Source: an uncultured Gammaproteobacteria bacterium (lineage in GTDB: Bacteria > Pseudomonadota > Gammaproteobacteria > DRLM01). Taken from it: a DNA stretch of 64,000 nt. The notes below the pieces were generated by a model. It saw nothing but the letters and a program-made list of their open reading frames with translations. It had not been told where the DNA came from and did no database searches. The DNA lies in the NCBI GenBank assembly GCA_963729605.1, contig CAVSNY010000002.1, positions 288,001 through 352,000 on the forward strand. The letters are read 5' to 3'. Positions 1 through 9,777 of the stretch are shown piece by piece; the first letter of the stretch is position 1; each line of letters opens with the position of its first letter. The translations under genes and the position numbers were made by a program.

Positions 1-230
1 GTCGCATCGAACCCACACAAGTGGCGGCGGTGATGCAGCGGATCGATGCGGCGATCGGCGAGGCGCTGGCCGGTCAGACCATCAAGGATTTGGTGCGAGC
101 CCAGCCGCCTCCGGATGACGAGGCGCCTTCGGTGGCGGGATCGGATCAACGTCCCGGCCGGGACGCCGTTATGAATGAGCAGCCCGGCGCGGCCGGGAGA
201 AACGAAGTGGGCGATAGGCCGGTGGGGTAA
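1..230 (+). CDS. 3' end of a gene truncated by the window edge; resembles the C-terminus of YihY/BrkB family membrane proteins with an Rrf2-like tail
   Basis: Frame is open from the window start (RIEPTQVAAVMQRIDAAIGEALAGQTIKDLV) and stops 3 nt before grxC. Family call is by resemblance only. Confidence 0.4.
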   Translation, partial: RIEPTQVAAVMQRIDAAIGEALAGQTIKDLVRAQPPPDDEAPSVAGSDQRPGRDAVMNEQPGAAGRNEVGDRPVG

Positions 231-233
231 GCG

Positions 234-554
234 ATGAGTGACATAAAGCAAGACGCGGGACCGGACGGGCCGGCCGCCGCGGGCGCGCGAGTAGAGGTCT
301 ACACCTGGCGGTATTGTTCCTACTGCATGGCCGCGAAACGTTTGCTGCAGAAAAAGGGCGCGGCCTTTACCGAACACGCCATCGACGGCGATGACGAGGC
401 GCGCGACGAGATGACGCGGCGTGCCGATGGACGGCGCACCCTGCCGCAGATATTCATCAACGGCCAGGCCGTCGGCGGTTACATGGAACTTCAGCGGCTG
501 GAACAGGCGGGCCGGCTCGACGCTTTGCTGGCCGTGCCGCCGGGGCGGGTTTGA
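234..554 (+). CDS. grxC: Glutaredoxin 3
   Basis: CSYC active site, RRTLPQIFING and GG motifs. Confidence 0.9.
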   Translation: MSDIKQDAGPDGPAAAGARVEVYTWRYCSYCMAAKRLLQKKGAAFTEHAIDGDDEARDEMTRRADGRRTLPQIFINGQAVGGYMELQRLEQAGRLDALLAVPPGRV

Positions 555-642
555 GTCCTCGCCGCGGCACCGCTCACCGGCGCGGCTGGACGGCCTGCCG
601 GCGCGATACGCTACAATGGCGCGCATTGAAGGGGACGCTGAC

Positions 643-1020
643 ATGAAAGCCACGATTTATCACAATCCGCGCTGCGGCAAATCGCGCGAGACCCTGGCCT
701 TGTTGCGCGAACAGGGTATCGAGCCGGTCATCGTCGAATACCTCGCTACGCCGCCCGATGCCGCCGCGCTGAAAAAGCTGTTGACCGCCTTGAAGCTCAA
801 GCCCCGCCAATTGCTGCGCACCAAGGAAAAAGATTACCAGGCGCTGGGTCTGGACGACCCGGACCTGAGCGACGCCGAACTGATCGAGGCCATGGCGGCG
901 CACCCGCTGCTCATCGAGCGGCCGATCGTGGTGGCGGGTGGCAAGGCGGTGCTGGGGCGGCCGCCGGAAAAGGTGCTCGATATTATCCAAGGGCCGCGCG
1001 CCAGACGGGAGCGAGGGTGA
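643..1020 (+). CDS. arsC: Arsenate reductase (glutaredoxin-dependent), ArsC family
   Basis: IYHNPRCGKSRETL and LIERPIV..GRPPE motifs; ATG at 643 inside the 421..1020 ORF. Confidence 0.9.
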   Translation: MKATIYHNPRCGKSRETLALLREQGIEPVIVEYLATPPDAAALKKLLTALKLKPRQLLRTKEKDYQALGLDDPDLSDAELIEAMAAHPLLIERPIVVAGGKAVLGRPPEKVLDIIQGPRARRERG

Positions 1021-1517
1021 CTACGCCAAAAAAACTTTCCATGCTGTTGTGTTCGGCGGCGCTGGTGTTCGCCGCGGCGGCGCAGGGCGACGAGTCCGCG
1101 GCCTACTTCGGGGTCAAGGCCGGGGTATTGCTGCCCGACATCGACGAATTGGAGGAGGCCTATAACGCCGGTCTGACGGTAGGTTATGGGCGCGGGCCTT
1201 TCGCGGTCGAGGCGGAATTCACCACCACCCTGTTTCCCGGCGAGACCACCTTGTCCGGCGTGGAATGGGACATGACCACCCTGGCCTTGTACGGCGTGTA
1301 TCGCAGCCCAGGTCAGGTTTATTTTAAATTGAAGGCGGGCGCGCTCCATGAGCGGGTCAACTTGAATGTCTCGGGGCTGAACTTGCAGGACCAAGAGAGC
1401 GGCGCCACGGTGGGTTTGGGCGTGGGATACCGGTTCGATAAGCAAGGGCGCCTCGAGCTTGAATACACGATGGTCGAAGAGGATGTGTCGCTGCTCACCT
1501 TGGGATATTTGTTTTAA
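1017..1517 (+). CDS. Outer membrane beta-barrel (OmpA-like/porin family) protein
   Basis: Signal peptide, alternating amphipathic strands, C-terminal Phe (GYLF). Confidence 0.8.
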   Translation: MTTPKKLSMLLCSAALVFAAAAQGDESAAYFGVKAGVLLPDIDELEEAYNAGLTVGYGRGPFAVEAEFTTTLFPGETTLSGVEWDMTTLALYGVYRSPGQVYFKLKAGALHERVNLNVSGLNLQDQESGATVGLGVGYRFDKQGRLELEYTMVEEDVSLLTLGYLF

Positions 1518-1706
1518 GGGCTTCGTTTCAAGAATCCAGGTTGCCAAGACGCCCCGAACGCCAAGAGAAATTTCCGGTGTTGCGCGCGTGCGGTTGTGGC
1601 GGCGGGCGGTTGGCACCTTTCACAGGACGCGTTTATTACGCCGGCGCTGGGATGCGGCGAGATCAGCGGCAATAGGCAGGTCTGCATCAAACACAGCGAG
1701 GTAAGA

Positions 1707-2639
1707 ATGTTTATGAAGTTGATCGGCGGTGCCCCGGCGCGGGGCGTGTGCTTGGTTGTGATGATGTCGTGCGCCGTGGTCGGCGCGCATCATCCGGTTT
1801 TCGCTTCGACGCCGATGGCGGCGCGCGATCCGGGCGGGGTGCAGGCCTCGACGCCGGTGACGCAACGGCTGGCCTATATCGAAAGTCTGCTGCAATCGAA
1901 GACCGGTCTGCGGCTGACCGCCTCCGCCGATCCCGAGGTGCGGCAATTGCTGGCGCAATTGCGCGAACGCTTGGCGAAGGCCAAGGACGCGGCGCAGGCC
2001 GGCGACACCGCCCGCGCCGAGCAGTGGTCGCGTGAAGTCATGGCGGGTTTGATGGAGGCGTCGCGGCGTTTGCCCAGCGAAGACGAGGACGACCGCCGCG
2101 CCGAGCAGTTGCGTTATCAGAATTTGCGCCAGGGTATCGAGGTGTTTCAGCAGGCGCATCAGCGCAACTCGAGCCGCTTGAGCGCCGAGGAGGGGAATGC
2201 CGCGGTGGTGGATTTCGATGCCGACACGGTGACGGGCTGGGTGCGCGACGGCGACCACGCCGCGCTGGGCGGCGACTACGTGACCGCCAATGCCTTTTTG
2301 ATCAACGCCCAGCAGGCGATCACCGGCGCGCTGCGCGGGATGTTGAACAACCGCACCCTGGTGCACGAACTCAACATCGATACCGCCGAGGGCGAATATC
2401 AGTATGAGCTGCAACGTTATCAGGGTTACGCGGATTTGATTCCCGTCGCCATCGACCTGCGTTCCCCGCCGCCGCAAACCATTTCGGAAATGCTGGCCTT
2501 GATGGACAAGGCGCAATGGATGGTGCAGCAAGCCGGGCTCACCGCCGACAAGGGCGATTATCCGGTTGCGATCCGCATGGTGCTCGATGCCACCGCCGCG
2601 GTGCGCACGGCCTTGCGCGGCGCCGGGGTGGATATGTAA
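1707..2639 (+). CDS. Hypothetical exported alpha-helical protein
   Basis: Long ORF with host-like codon usage, GAGG RBS and a signal-peptide-like N-terminus; no family recognised. Confidence 0.7.
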   Translation: MFMKLIGGAPARGVCLVVMMSCAVVGAHHPVFASTPMAARDPGGVQASTPVTQRLAYIESLLQSKTGLRLTASADPEVRQLLAQLRERLAKAKDAAQAGDTARAEQWSREVMAGLMEASRRLPSEDEDDRRAEQLRYQNLRQGIEVFQQAHQRNSSRLSAEEGNAAVVDFDADTVTGWVRDGDHAALGGDYVTANAFLINAQQAITGALRGMLNNRTLVHELNIDTAEGEYQYELQRYQGYADLIPVAIDLRSPPPQTISEMLALMDKAQWMVQQAGLTADKGDYPVAIRMVLDATAAVRTALRGAGVDM

Positions 2640-2688
2640 GGATGGCCCTCCGCGGGTGTGTGAGCAGGTCAGGGCGCGAGGTTTACCG

Positions 2689-3453
2689 ATGTTGGGGGTG
2701 AAGGCCTGGCGACGCCGGCGTGCCTTGCGCGATCCCGGCTTTACTCATCAACAGTGGGCAGCGGCGGTGCGGAGCGTGGCCTTGTTGCAAGATTGGCCGG
2801 CCGGCGCGTTGGCCAGGCTGCGCGAGCATACGGTGTTTTTTCTGCGCGCCAAGCGCTTCACCGCCGCGGGGGGCGGGCAGATCGGCGACGGGCTGCGGCT
2901 GCTCATCGCCATTCAAGCCAGCGTGCCCATCCTCCATCTGGATGTCGATTATTACGCCGGCTGGCGGGAAGTGATCGTCTACCCCGACACCTTCGTGAGC
3001 CGCCATCAGGAAATGGACGAGGCGGGTGTGTTGCACAGCTGGCGGCAGCCGTCGGCCGGCGAGGCCTGGTCTCATGGTCCGCTGGTATTGTCGCGGGCCG
3101 ATGTGGAGGAATCCGCGCTGCAGCGCGACGGCTACAATGTGGTCATCCACGAAATGGCCCACAAGCTGGATATGCTCAACGGCGACGCCAATGGGTTCCC
3201 CCCGCTGCATCGCGAGATGCGTATCCCGGACTGGGTGCGGGCCTGGTCCGAATCCTATGAAACCTTCTGCGGCCAAGTGGACCGTGATGAGGACACGGCG
3301 CTGGATCCCTACGGCGCGGAAAATCCCGCGGAATTTTTTGCCGTGATCAGCGAGTCCTTCTTCGAAACCCCCGCCCTGGTGCACGACCATTTCCCTTTGC
3401 TCTACCCGCAACTCCTGGCCTTTTATCGTTACGACCCCCGCCGCCCGGTTTGA
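2689..3453 (+). CDS. Zinc-dependent peptidase, MtfA/M90 family
   Basis: NVVIHEMAHKLD (HEXXH) and DPYGAENPAEFFAVISESFF motifs. Confidence 0.9.
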   Translation: MLGVKAWRRRRALRDPGFTHQQWAAAVRSVALLQDWPAGALARLREHTVFFLRAKRFTAAGGGQIGDGLRLLIAIQASVPILHLDVDYYAGWREVIVYPDTFVSRHQEMDEAGVLHSWRQPSAGEAWSHGPLVLSRADVEESALQRDGYNVVIHEMAHKLDMLNGDANGFPPLHREMRIPDWVRAWSESYETFCGQVDRDEDTALDPYGAENPAEFFAVISESFFETPALVHDHFPLLYPQLLAFYRYDPRRPV

Positions 3454-3471
3454 GTATTCCTTCTCGGGCGC

Positions 3472-3503
3472 AAAAAAAAGCGCTGCCCGGGGAGGGGCAG
3501 CGC
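3472..3503 (-). terminator. Rho-independent terminator
   Basis: 9-bp stem gcgctgccc/gggcagcgc followed on the minus strand by U8. Confidence 0.85.
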
Positions 3504-3632
3504 GATCGCTCAAGGAGGGATGAACGAAGACGCTCTACAGTTGGTTCAGGATACCCTTCGCGGTCAGGGAAACCGTGGGTTGGACGGGTATCCAGGAAGG
3601 TCCGCCGGGGGACGGGGAGCCCCTCCGCCGGT
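3472..3632 (-). ncRNA. Candidate sigma54-dependent small RNA (~160 nt)
   Basis: Lies between a consensus -24/-12 promoter and a terminator on the same strand. Internal stem ggataccc/gggtatcc, UCCCUCCUU motif, no convincing ORF. The 5' end is inferred. Confidence 0.65.
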
Positions 3633-3641
3633 ACTTCAAAA

Positions 3642-3659
3642 TAGCAATCGATGTGCCAA
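3642..3659 (-). promoter_or_regulatory. Sigma54 -24/-12 promoter
   Basis: Minus strand reads TTGGCAC-ATCGA-TTGCTA, matching TGGCAC-N5-TTGC. Confidence 0.85.
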
Positions 3660-3678
3660 GAAATGGCTATCTATTAAA

Positions 3679-3691
3679 AATCAGTAACTTA
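3679..3691 (+). promoter_or_regulatory. IHF binding site
   Basis: AATCAGTAACTTA matches WATCARNNNNTTR, just upstream of the sigma54 promoter. Confidence 0.7.
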
Positions 3692-3780
3692 ATTGAAATA
3701 TGGCCGTCGCGGTCCACCAAAAACGGTTTTTGCGGCCCCAAAGAGTCGTCGAGGAGAGACGGGCCCGCCCAATATAGAAT

Positions 3781-3793
3781 TAAGATTTTGATT
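3781..3793 (-). promoter_or_regulatory. Second IHF binding site
   Basis: Minus strand AATCAAAATCTTA matches WATCARNNNNTTR. Confidence 0.55.
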
Positions 3794-3857
3794 TTTTAAA
3801 TAAAAACCCAGTCTCCAGAGAGAGACGGACCGGCCTGCGCGCCGTGAAATACGACAC

Positions 3858-3884
3858 GAAAGAAACCCCCCGCCCGGCCGATAA
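3858..3884 (+). promoter_or_regulatory. Sigma28 (FliA)-type promoter
   Basis: GAAA-N15-GCCGATAA with a perfect -10 element, 30 nt upstream of the 3915 start. Confidence 0.65.
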
Positions 3885-3914
3885 GTACTGTAAATATTAC
3901 ATGCGTTTGAAAGG

Positions 3915-6398
3915 ATGACAGCCGGAGTACCTATGGGTGACCGTGACAAGGTAGTGAATATCGGCGCGCGCATTTCGCGTGATGACGGGGTTGCGCATCA
4001 ACACGAATTGCTGGTGCGCTGCCGGCAAATCGCCGAGAAGGATCTGTGCGAGTCGATCAAACAGGTGTTCGATAAAGCCGACGACCTCTTGTTTGAACGC
4101 AGCAACGGGTCCGAGGACGGCGCCAGCCGCTATTTCGATGCGCTGCGTGAATTGCGGATCAAGCGCCAGGAAATGACCCAAACCTATCTCGAGGCCTTGC
4201 TGCGGGAGCACGACGGCCGTTTGCGCCGTGCGCCGGCGGTGGCGGGTAAACCCGGCGGCCGCGTTCCCTTGGGCGGCGGTTTGTCTCTGATCGACGAAAA
4301 AGAGTTGGAAGAATCGCTGGCCGTCGAAGGGATGGTCGGCAAGGCCGGGGAACGTTGCAACCAGGTTTTGTATGCGCTCAGCCAACGTTACGCGCAGTTG
4401 GCGGAGGGCGTGAAGCTTGAGCCCGAAACCCACCCGCTGGCCCCCGAGGTGATCTGCCACGCCTTCCGCGATGCATTGGGCGGCATCGAAGTCGGTGTCG
4501 AAATCAAATTGATCATCTACAAGCTCTTCGAAAAACACGCGGTGAAACCGCTCGACGAACTCTACGACAAGCTCAATACCTTGCTGGCCGATGCCGGGAT
4601 ATTGCCGCAACTCAAGGCGACGGCGCCGGTACGTTCGAGTAGCGCCGCCGCCGAGCGGCCTCGCCCCGCCGCCGCGGCTGACGTCGCGACGGAGGCGGCC
4701 GCGGGCAATTCCCTGCCGGTGCCGGTGACGGCCCTCACCGGGATGACCGGGGGAGGAGGTGACGGGGACGTCTATCACACCCTGCAACGGCTGATGAATC
4801 TCAAAAAATACGGCGGCGCGGCGCCGGGGGCGGAGAGCGGCGGCGGCTTGCCGGGCGGCGCCATGGCCGGCGTAACCGGGCAATTCGGCGGAAGTGGTTA
4901 CGGCGGTGGTACCGTCGCGGCGGTGCCGGTGGCGGCGACGGTTTTGATCGAAGGGCTGTCCTTATTGCAGCAGCTGCCGCCCCCGCCGCCGGAAATGACC
5001 GCGGGCCATGCCGCCATCGCCTATATCAAATCGAGTTTATTGGAGCGCATCGGCGACTCGGCGCTGGGCAAGACCATCGACCCGGTCACCGACAACACCA
5101 TCGACGTCATCGGGATGATCTTCGAGTTTATACTCGACGAGACCAGTATCCCGGAATCGGTGAAGCGCCTGCTCAACCAGCTGCAAATTCCCATCCTCAA
5201 GGTCGCCATCGTCGACAAGGAATTCTTCGCCAACAAGCAGCACCCCGCCCGGCGCCTGCTGAACAGCTTGGGTCACGCCAGCATCGGCTGGAACGACAAA
5301 GACCCGCACACCCAGCGCCGCCGCTTCGAGAAAATGGAATACCTGGTCGGCCGGGTTTTGAAAGAATATGAAACCGATCCCAGCGTCTTCGCCGAACTGC
5401 TCGCCGACTTCACCGGTTTTCTGGCCACCGAGGTGGACGATGAAGAGCCCGCTGAAGAATGGGCGCAGGAAGAATCCCCGCCGGGGGCGCCGGAGGAAGA
5501 GCAAATTGCGCCGGGCAAACACGCCTTCGAGACCGTTGAATTGCGTTTGGGCGGGGTGGAGGCGCCGCGGCTCGTCCGCGATTTTTTGCGTAATACTTGG
5601 CGGCAGGTCTTGGAACAGGTGGCGGCCGCCGAGGGACCGGAGAGCGATTCATGGCGGCGCCGAGTCCAGTTGATGGACGATTTATTGTGGAGCGTGGAAC
5701 CCAAGCCCGGCGGCGATGAACGGCGGCGCATGGTGGCCCTGTTGCCGCGGCTGTTGGGCGGATTGCAGGACGGCATGAACGCCGTCGGCTGCCAGCCGGC
5801 GGAAATGGATGCGGTGCTCAACGGCTTGCAGCCCATTCACATGGCCTGTTTGCGCGGTGAGGCGCCGCCGCCCGAGGCCGGCGAGACGCCGCCGCGGGTG
5901 CCTCGCGCGCCGGCCTCCCAGGAAGTAACGGACATGATCCGTTCCATCCAGCAGGGCATGGACGGTGCGGAGTCCGCACATGACCAGCACGCGGCCAACG
6001 GCGTCGCCGATCTGGAGCGGCAGTTGGCGGGGGCGGCGCACGGCGGTGATTTCATGTCCACGTTCGCCGGAACGGAAGAGGACTCCTTACTCGACCCCGG
6101 CGAGACGCTCATTGAAGACGAATTCACGGAGAAGGTCCGCGCGCTGGCCATCGGCACTTGGCTGGAATTCGCCCAAGGCGACAAACCGCGCCGCGGCAAG
6201 CTGGGCTGGAAGAGCGCGGTGCTGGGGCAATACGTGTTCGTCGATCGCCGCTACAAAGTGGTGACGGAGCGGACCCTGGCCGAATTGGCCGCCGATTTAC
6301 GCACGGGACGCGCGCACGTGGTGGAAAAGGTGGGGATGTTCGATCGCGCCCTCGACGCCGTGATGGCGGGCCTGATGGCCGGGGCCGGCGCCCGGTAA
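3915..6398 (+). CDS. DUF1631 family protein
   Basis: LEESLAVEGM, LQIPILKVAIVDKEFF..HPARRLLN and C-terminal LAIGTWLEF..KLGW..FVD motifs. Confidence 0.85.
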   Translation: MTAGVPMGDRDKVVNIGARISRDDGVAHQHELLVRCRQIAEKDLCESIKQVFDKADDLLFERSNGSEDGASRYFDALRELRIKRQEMTQTYLEALLREHDGRLRRAPAVAGKPGGRVPLGGGLSLIDEKELEESLAVEGMVGKAGERCNQVLYALSQRYAQLAEGVKLEPETHPLAPEVICHAFRDALGGIEVGVEIKLIIYKLFEKHAVKPLDELYDKLNTLLADAGILPQLKATAPVRSSSAAAERPRPAAAADVATEAAAGNSLPVPVTALTGMTGGGGDGDVYHTLQRLMNLKKYGGAAPGAESGGGLPGGAMAGVTGQFGGSGYGGGTVAAVPVAATVLIEGLSLLQQLPPPPPEMTAGHAAIAYIKSSLLERIGDSALGKTIDPVTDNTIDVIGMIFEFILDETSIPESVKRLLNQLQIPILKVAIVDKEFFANKQHPARRLLNSLGHASIGWNDKDPHTQRRRFEKMEYLVGRVLKEYETDPSVFAELLADFTGFLATEVDDEEPAEEWAQEESPPGAPEEEQIAPGKHAFETVELRLGGVEAPRLVRDFLRNTWRQVLEQVAAAEGPESDSWRRRVQLMDDLLWSVEPKPGGDERRRMVALLPRLLGGLQDGMNAVGCQPAEMDAVLNGLQPIHMACLRGEAPPPEAGETPPRVPRAPASQEVTDMIRSIQQGMDGAESAHDQHAANGVADLERQLAGAAHGGDFMSTFAGTEEDSLLDPGETLIEDEFTEKVRALAIGTWLEFAQGDKPRRGKLGWKSAVLGQYVFVDRRYKVVTERTLAELAADLRTGRAHVVEKVGMFDRALDAVMAGLMAGAGAR

Positions 6399-6516
6399 TT
6401 CCCCTGACGAAGTCGATAGCGTCCGTGAGCGGCTGTTTGCCGCCCGGCGGCGAGTGGGTTATCTTGCTTTTCGACGCGACCACGCGCCGGTATGCGACAC
6501 GGAAGGGGACGGTGCC

Positions 6517-7725
6517 ATGACAATGAAATGGGCCCGCGGCGGACGGCCACGGCTGGTGATGTTGCTCGGTATCGTCGGCCTGCTGGGCGGTGGGCCGGCA
6601 TGGGCGGACACCCCGCCGGCCTGCATCAAACCCGGCGAATGGCTGCGCATGGAGGACGGCAAATCCGTCGCCCACGACGCGCTGTTGAAACAGGTCAGCC
6701 AGCGCCGGGTGGTCTTGCTGGGCGAGCATCACACCAACGCCGATCATCATCGCTGGCAACTGCAAGTCCTGGCCGGCCTGCTCGCCTTGCAGCCCAAGAT
6801 GGCGATCGGCTTCGAGATGTTTCCCCAAGAGGTGCAGCCGGTGCTCGACCGCTGGGTGGCCGGCGAATTGAGCGAAAAGGAATTCCTGCGGCAGACCCAT
6901 TGGCATAGCGGCTGGCGTTTCGATGCCGGCCTCTATATGCCCATCTTTCATTTCGCGCGCATCAACCGCATTCCCATGTACGCCATCAACGTCAACCCCG
7001 CCCTGCTGAGCGAGGCGCGCGCCAAGGGCTGGGCCGCCATCGACCCCGCGGCGCGGCAGGGTATCACCGACCCCGCGCCGGCCAGCCGCGACTATCTAAA
7101 AATGCTGGCGGGCAGTTTCGCCGTCCACCGCCCGCCGGGCGTACGCGATCCGTCGGGCGAGTTGAAGGCCGAGGACAAACAGGCCTTCCAGCGCTTCGTC
7201 GAAGGCCAGCTGCTGTGGGACCGCGCGATGGCCGAGGCCCTCGCCGCGGTGGCCAAACGCCAACCCGCGCCCCTGGTGGTAGGGCTGATGGGCACCGGCC
7301 ACATGGTCTACAACTTCGGCGTGCCGCATCAACTGGCGGCGTTGGACGTGGCCGACACGGTATCCCTCATCCCCTGGGACGATCAAATCAGTTGTGAGGA
7401 AATGGTGCCCGGTTTCGCTCATGCGGTGTTCGGCTTGGCGCCGGACAACGCCGAGCCGGAACCGGACAAACCGAGGTTGGGCGTGTTCCTGGAACCGTCC
7501 GAGGGCGGCGTCAAGGTGGTGAAACTCATCGAGCGCAGCGTGGCCGAGGCCAGCGGCGTCAAGGAGGGCGACCGCATCGTGGAAATCGCCGGCCGCCGCG
7601 TGGCGGAAGTGGACGACGTCATCGCCAAGGTGCAGGCCATGCTCCCCGGCGCCTGGCTGCCGCTCACCGTGCTGCGCGGCGATCAGCGCAAGGAATTGGT
7701 GGCGAAATTTCCCCCGCGGCCGTAA
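6517..7725 (+). CDS. ChaN family (heme uptake-like) periplasmic protein with C-terminal PDZ domain
   Basis: VVLLGEHH..HHRWQL, IGFEMF, Q.LWDRAMA and GTGH motifs; PDZ (RLGVFL..GVKEGDRIVEI). Confidence 0.85.
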   Translation: MTMKWARGGRPRLVMLLGIVGLLGGGPAWADTPPACIKPGEWLRMEDGKSVAHDALLKQVSQRRVVLLGEHHTNADHHRWQLQVLAGLLALQPKMAIGFEMFPQEVQPVLDRWVAGELSEKEFLRQTHWHSGWRFDAGLYMPIFHFARINRIPMYAINVNPALLSEARAKGWAAIDPAARQGITDPAPASRDYLKMLAGSFAVHRPPGVRDPSGELKAEDKQAFQRFVEGQLLWDRAMAEALAAVAKRQPAPLVVGLMGTGHMVYNFGVPHQLAALDVADTVSLIPWDDQISCEEMVPGFAHAVFGLAPDNAEPEPDKPRLGVFLEPSEGGVKVVKLIERSVAEASGVKEGDRIVEIAGRRVAEVDDVIAKVQAMLPGAWLPLTVLRGDQRKELVAKFPPRP

Positions 7726-7897
7726 ACATGTCGATCAAAATCGGGCCGCGGACCCGCATCGATAAAATAGATATACCGTCGTTTGAATCTTCGTGCCGGC
7801 GTACACCGATAGCCACGGCCGATGCGCAGCCCGCATTGCGGGATGTCGGCTGGTGACGCTGTTTCCCTCGCTCTCCAGGGGAGGATTTGGGGCAATC

Positions 7898-8785
7898 CTA
7901 TCCGCCGCCGGCGATGATCTTATTGCGCAGCCGGCCGATGCCTTCTACCTCGCACTCCACCACATCGCCCGCCCGCAAAAACTGCGGCGGGGTGCGGGCG
8001 AAGCCGACGCCGGCCGGGGTGCCGGTGGCGATGATGTCGCCGGGTTCCAGGCTCATGCCCCGCGACAACACCGCGATGGTCTCCGCGATGGGGAAGATCT
8101 GCTGCCGCGAGTTGGCCGCCTGTTTCAATTCGCCGTTGACCCAGCAGCGCAGGTCGAGTTGCTGGGGGTCGGCGATCTCGTCGGCGGTGACGATCCACGG
8201 TCCCATCGGACAGGCGCCGTCCAGGCTTTTGCCGAGAAAATATTGCTTGTGGCGGAATTGCAGGTCGCGGGCCGACAGGTCGTTGATCACCGTGTAGCCG
8301 AAGACATGCTCGAGCGCGCGTTCGGCGGCGATGCCCCGGCCGCCGCGGCCGATGATCACCGCCAGTTCCACTTCCCAATCCAGTTGCGTGGTCACCGCCT
8401 CGTCCAGCGTGATATCGGCCGTGGGCCCGGTGACGCTGGTGACGGCCTTGGTGAAGACCACCGGATGTTCGGGCAACACCGGCGCGCGGCCGTGGGCGGC
8501 GAGGGACTCCGCGGCGTGGTCGGCGTAATTCAAGCCCAGGCATAGGATGTTTTTGCGCGGACGCGGGATGGGCGCCAACAGCGTCAGCTCGCTGAGAGGC
8601 ACCCGGTGCGGCGGCGGACTCGCGGCCACCTCGGCGGCGAAACGCCGCCAGTACGGCGGGCCGGCCGCTATCAGACCGAGCATGTCATCGGCTGACGTCC
8701 CGCCCCGGGCGGGCAGGATGGCGGTCTCGCCCTCCACCGCGCCTATGTGGATTTGTCCGCGATAATCGCAGGTGATTAAGCGCAT
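7898..8785 (-). CDS. Fumarylacetoacetate hydrolase family protein
   Basis: [30 protein letters not shown] and [13 protein letters not shown] motifs. Confidence 0.92.
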   Translation of the reverse strand: MRLITCDYRGQIHIGAVEGETAILPARGGTSADDMLGLIAAGPPYWRRFAAEVAASPPPHRVPLSELTLLAPIPRPRKNILCLGLNYADHAAESLAAHGRAPVLPEHPVVFTKAVTSVTGPTADITLDEAVTTQLDWEVELAVIIGRGGRGIAAERALEHVFGYTVINDLSARDLQFRHKQYFLGKSLDGACPMGPWIVTADEIADPQQLDLRCWVNGELKQAANSRQQIFPIAETIAVLSRGMSLEPGDIIATGTPAGVGFARTPPQFLRAGDVVECEVEGIGRLRNKIIAGGG

Positions 8786-9017
8786 CGCCGGATACCCCGT
8801 CCTTCGTGATGATGGCGGTGAGTATGGCAGAGGCGCGCACGGCGGCCCAGGCCGCGATAGTTATATCTGTGTCCGCGGGGGGCAGGTCGCCGCGCCCGAT
8901 CATCGCAGTCCGCCGCTCTGGTATATACTTCGATTTTCACTAATCCATATAGCCAGTCCCGCCGGTTCCACGGACCGGGCGGCACCGAATCTTTTTCACT
9001 GCAATGCGGAGACACTC

Positions 9018-9638
9018 ATGAGCCAGAAACCGCAGATCAGCGGCCTACGCCGTTACGATGCCCGGGCGGAGCCCGTCACGCCGCAGGAACAGGCCTTGGC
9101 GCCCCTGGTGCGCGAGCTGCTGGTGGAGTTGGGTGAAAATCCCGAGCGCGACGGCCTCAAACGCACGCCGGAGCGCATCGCCGCCGCCTTGAGCTTTCTC
9201 ACCAGCGGTTACGGCCAGACCGTGCAGGACGTGGTGCAGGGCGCGCTGTTCGTCGATGACTGCAACGAGATGGTGATCGTCAAGGACGTGGAATTTTATT
9301 CCCAGTGCGAACACCACATGCTGCCGTTTTTCGGACGGGTGCACGTGGGGTATGTGCCCGACGGCAAGATCATCGGCCTCAGCAAGATCGCGCGCATCGT
9401 CGATGTCTTCGCCCGCCGCCTGCAAGTGCAGGAGCGCATGACCAGCCAGATCGCCGAGGGTTTGATGGAGGTGTTGTCGCCGCGCGGGGTGGGCGTGGTG
9501 GTGGAGGCCAGCCATTTCTGCATGATGATGCGCGGCGTGCAGAAGCAAAACAGCTCGACCTTGAGCAGCGCCATGCGCGGCAGTTTTCACGAAGACGCAC
9601 GCACCCGCGCCGAATTCATGGACCTGATCCGGCGTTGA
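9018..9638 (+). CDS. folE: GTP cyclohydrolase I
   Basis: [22 protein letters not shown] and HFCMMMRGV motifs. Confidence 0.95.
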   Translation: MSQKPQISGLRRYDARAEPVTPQEQALAPLVRELLVELGENPERDGLKRTPERIAAALSFLTSGYGQTVQDVVQGALFVDDCNEMVIVKDVEFYSQCEHHMLPFFGRVHVGYVPDGKIIGLSKIARIVDVFARRLQVQERMTSQIAEGLMEVLSPRGVGVVVEASHFCMMMRGVQKQNSSTLSSAMRGSFHEDARTRAEFMDLIRR

Positions 9639-9777
9639 AGAGACGCGCGCCTTGCGCTTGTGTAGTCGTGTCGATCCGATCCGGCGTTTAGAGAGAGTGT
9701 GTTGAATGAATGTCCCTTTCCCTGCCGGGGAGAGACGAAGTAATTTGATGCCCGGTTAAAAACAAAAAGGAACCGAT

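Noticed and set aside
643-1020. Arsenic or heavy-metal resistance island (arsC with chrA)
   Set aside because: No arsR/arsB/acr3; the genes are 44 kb apart among core genes with host-like GC
3520-3687. 55-aa plus-strand ORF after AAGGAGGG
   Set aside because: The SD-like sequence abuts the ATG, the ORF runs through promoter and IHF motifs, and the promoter and terminator are on the opposite strand
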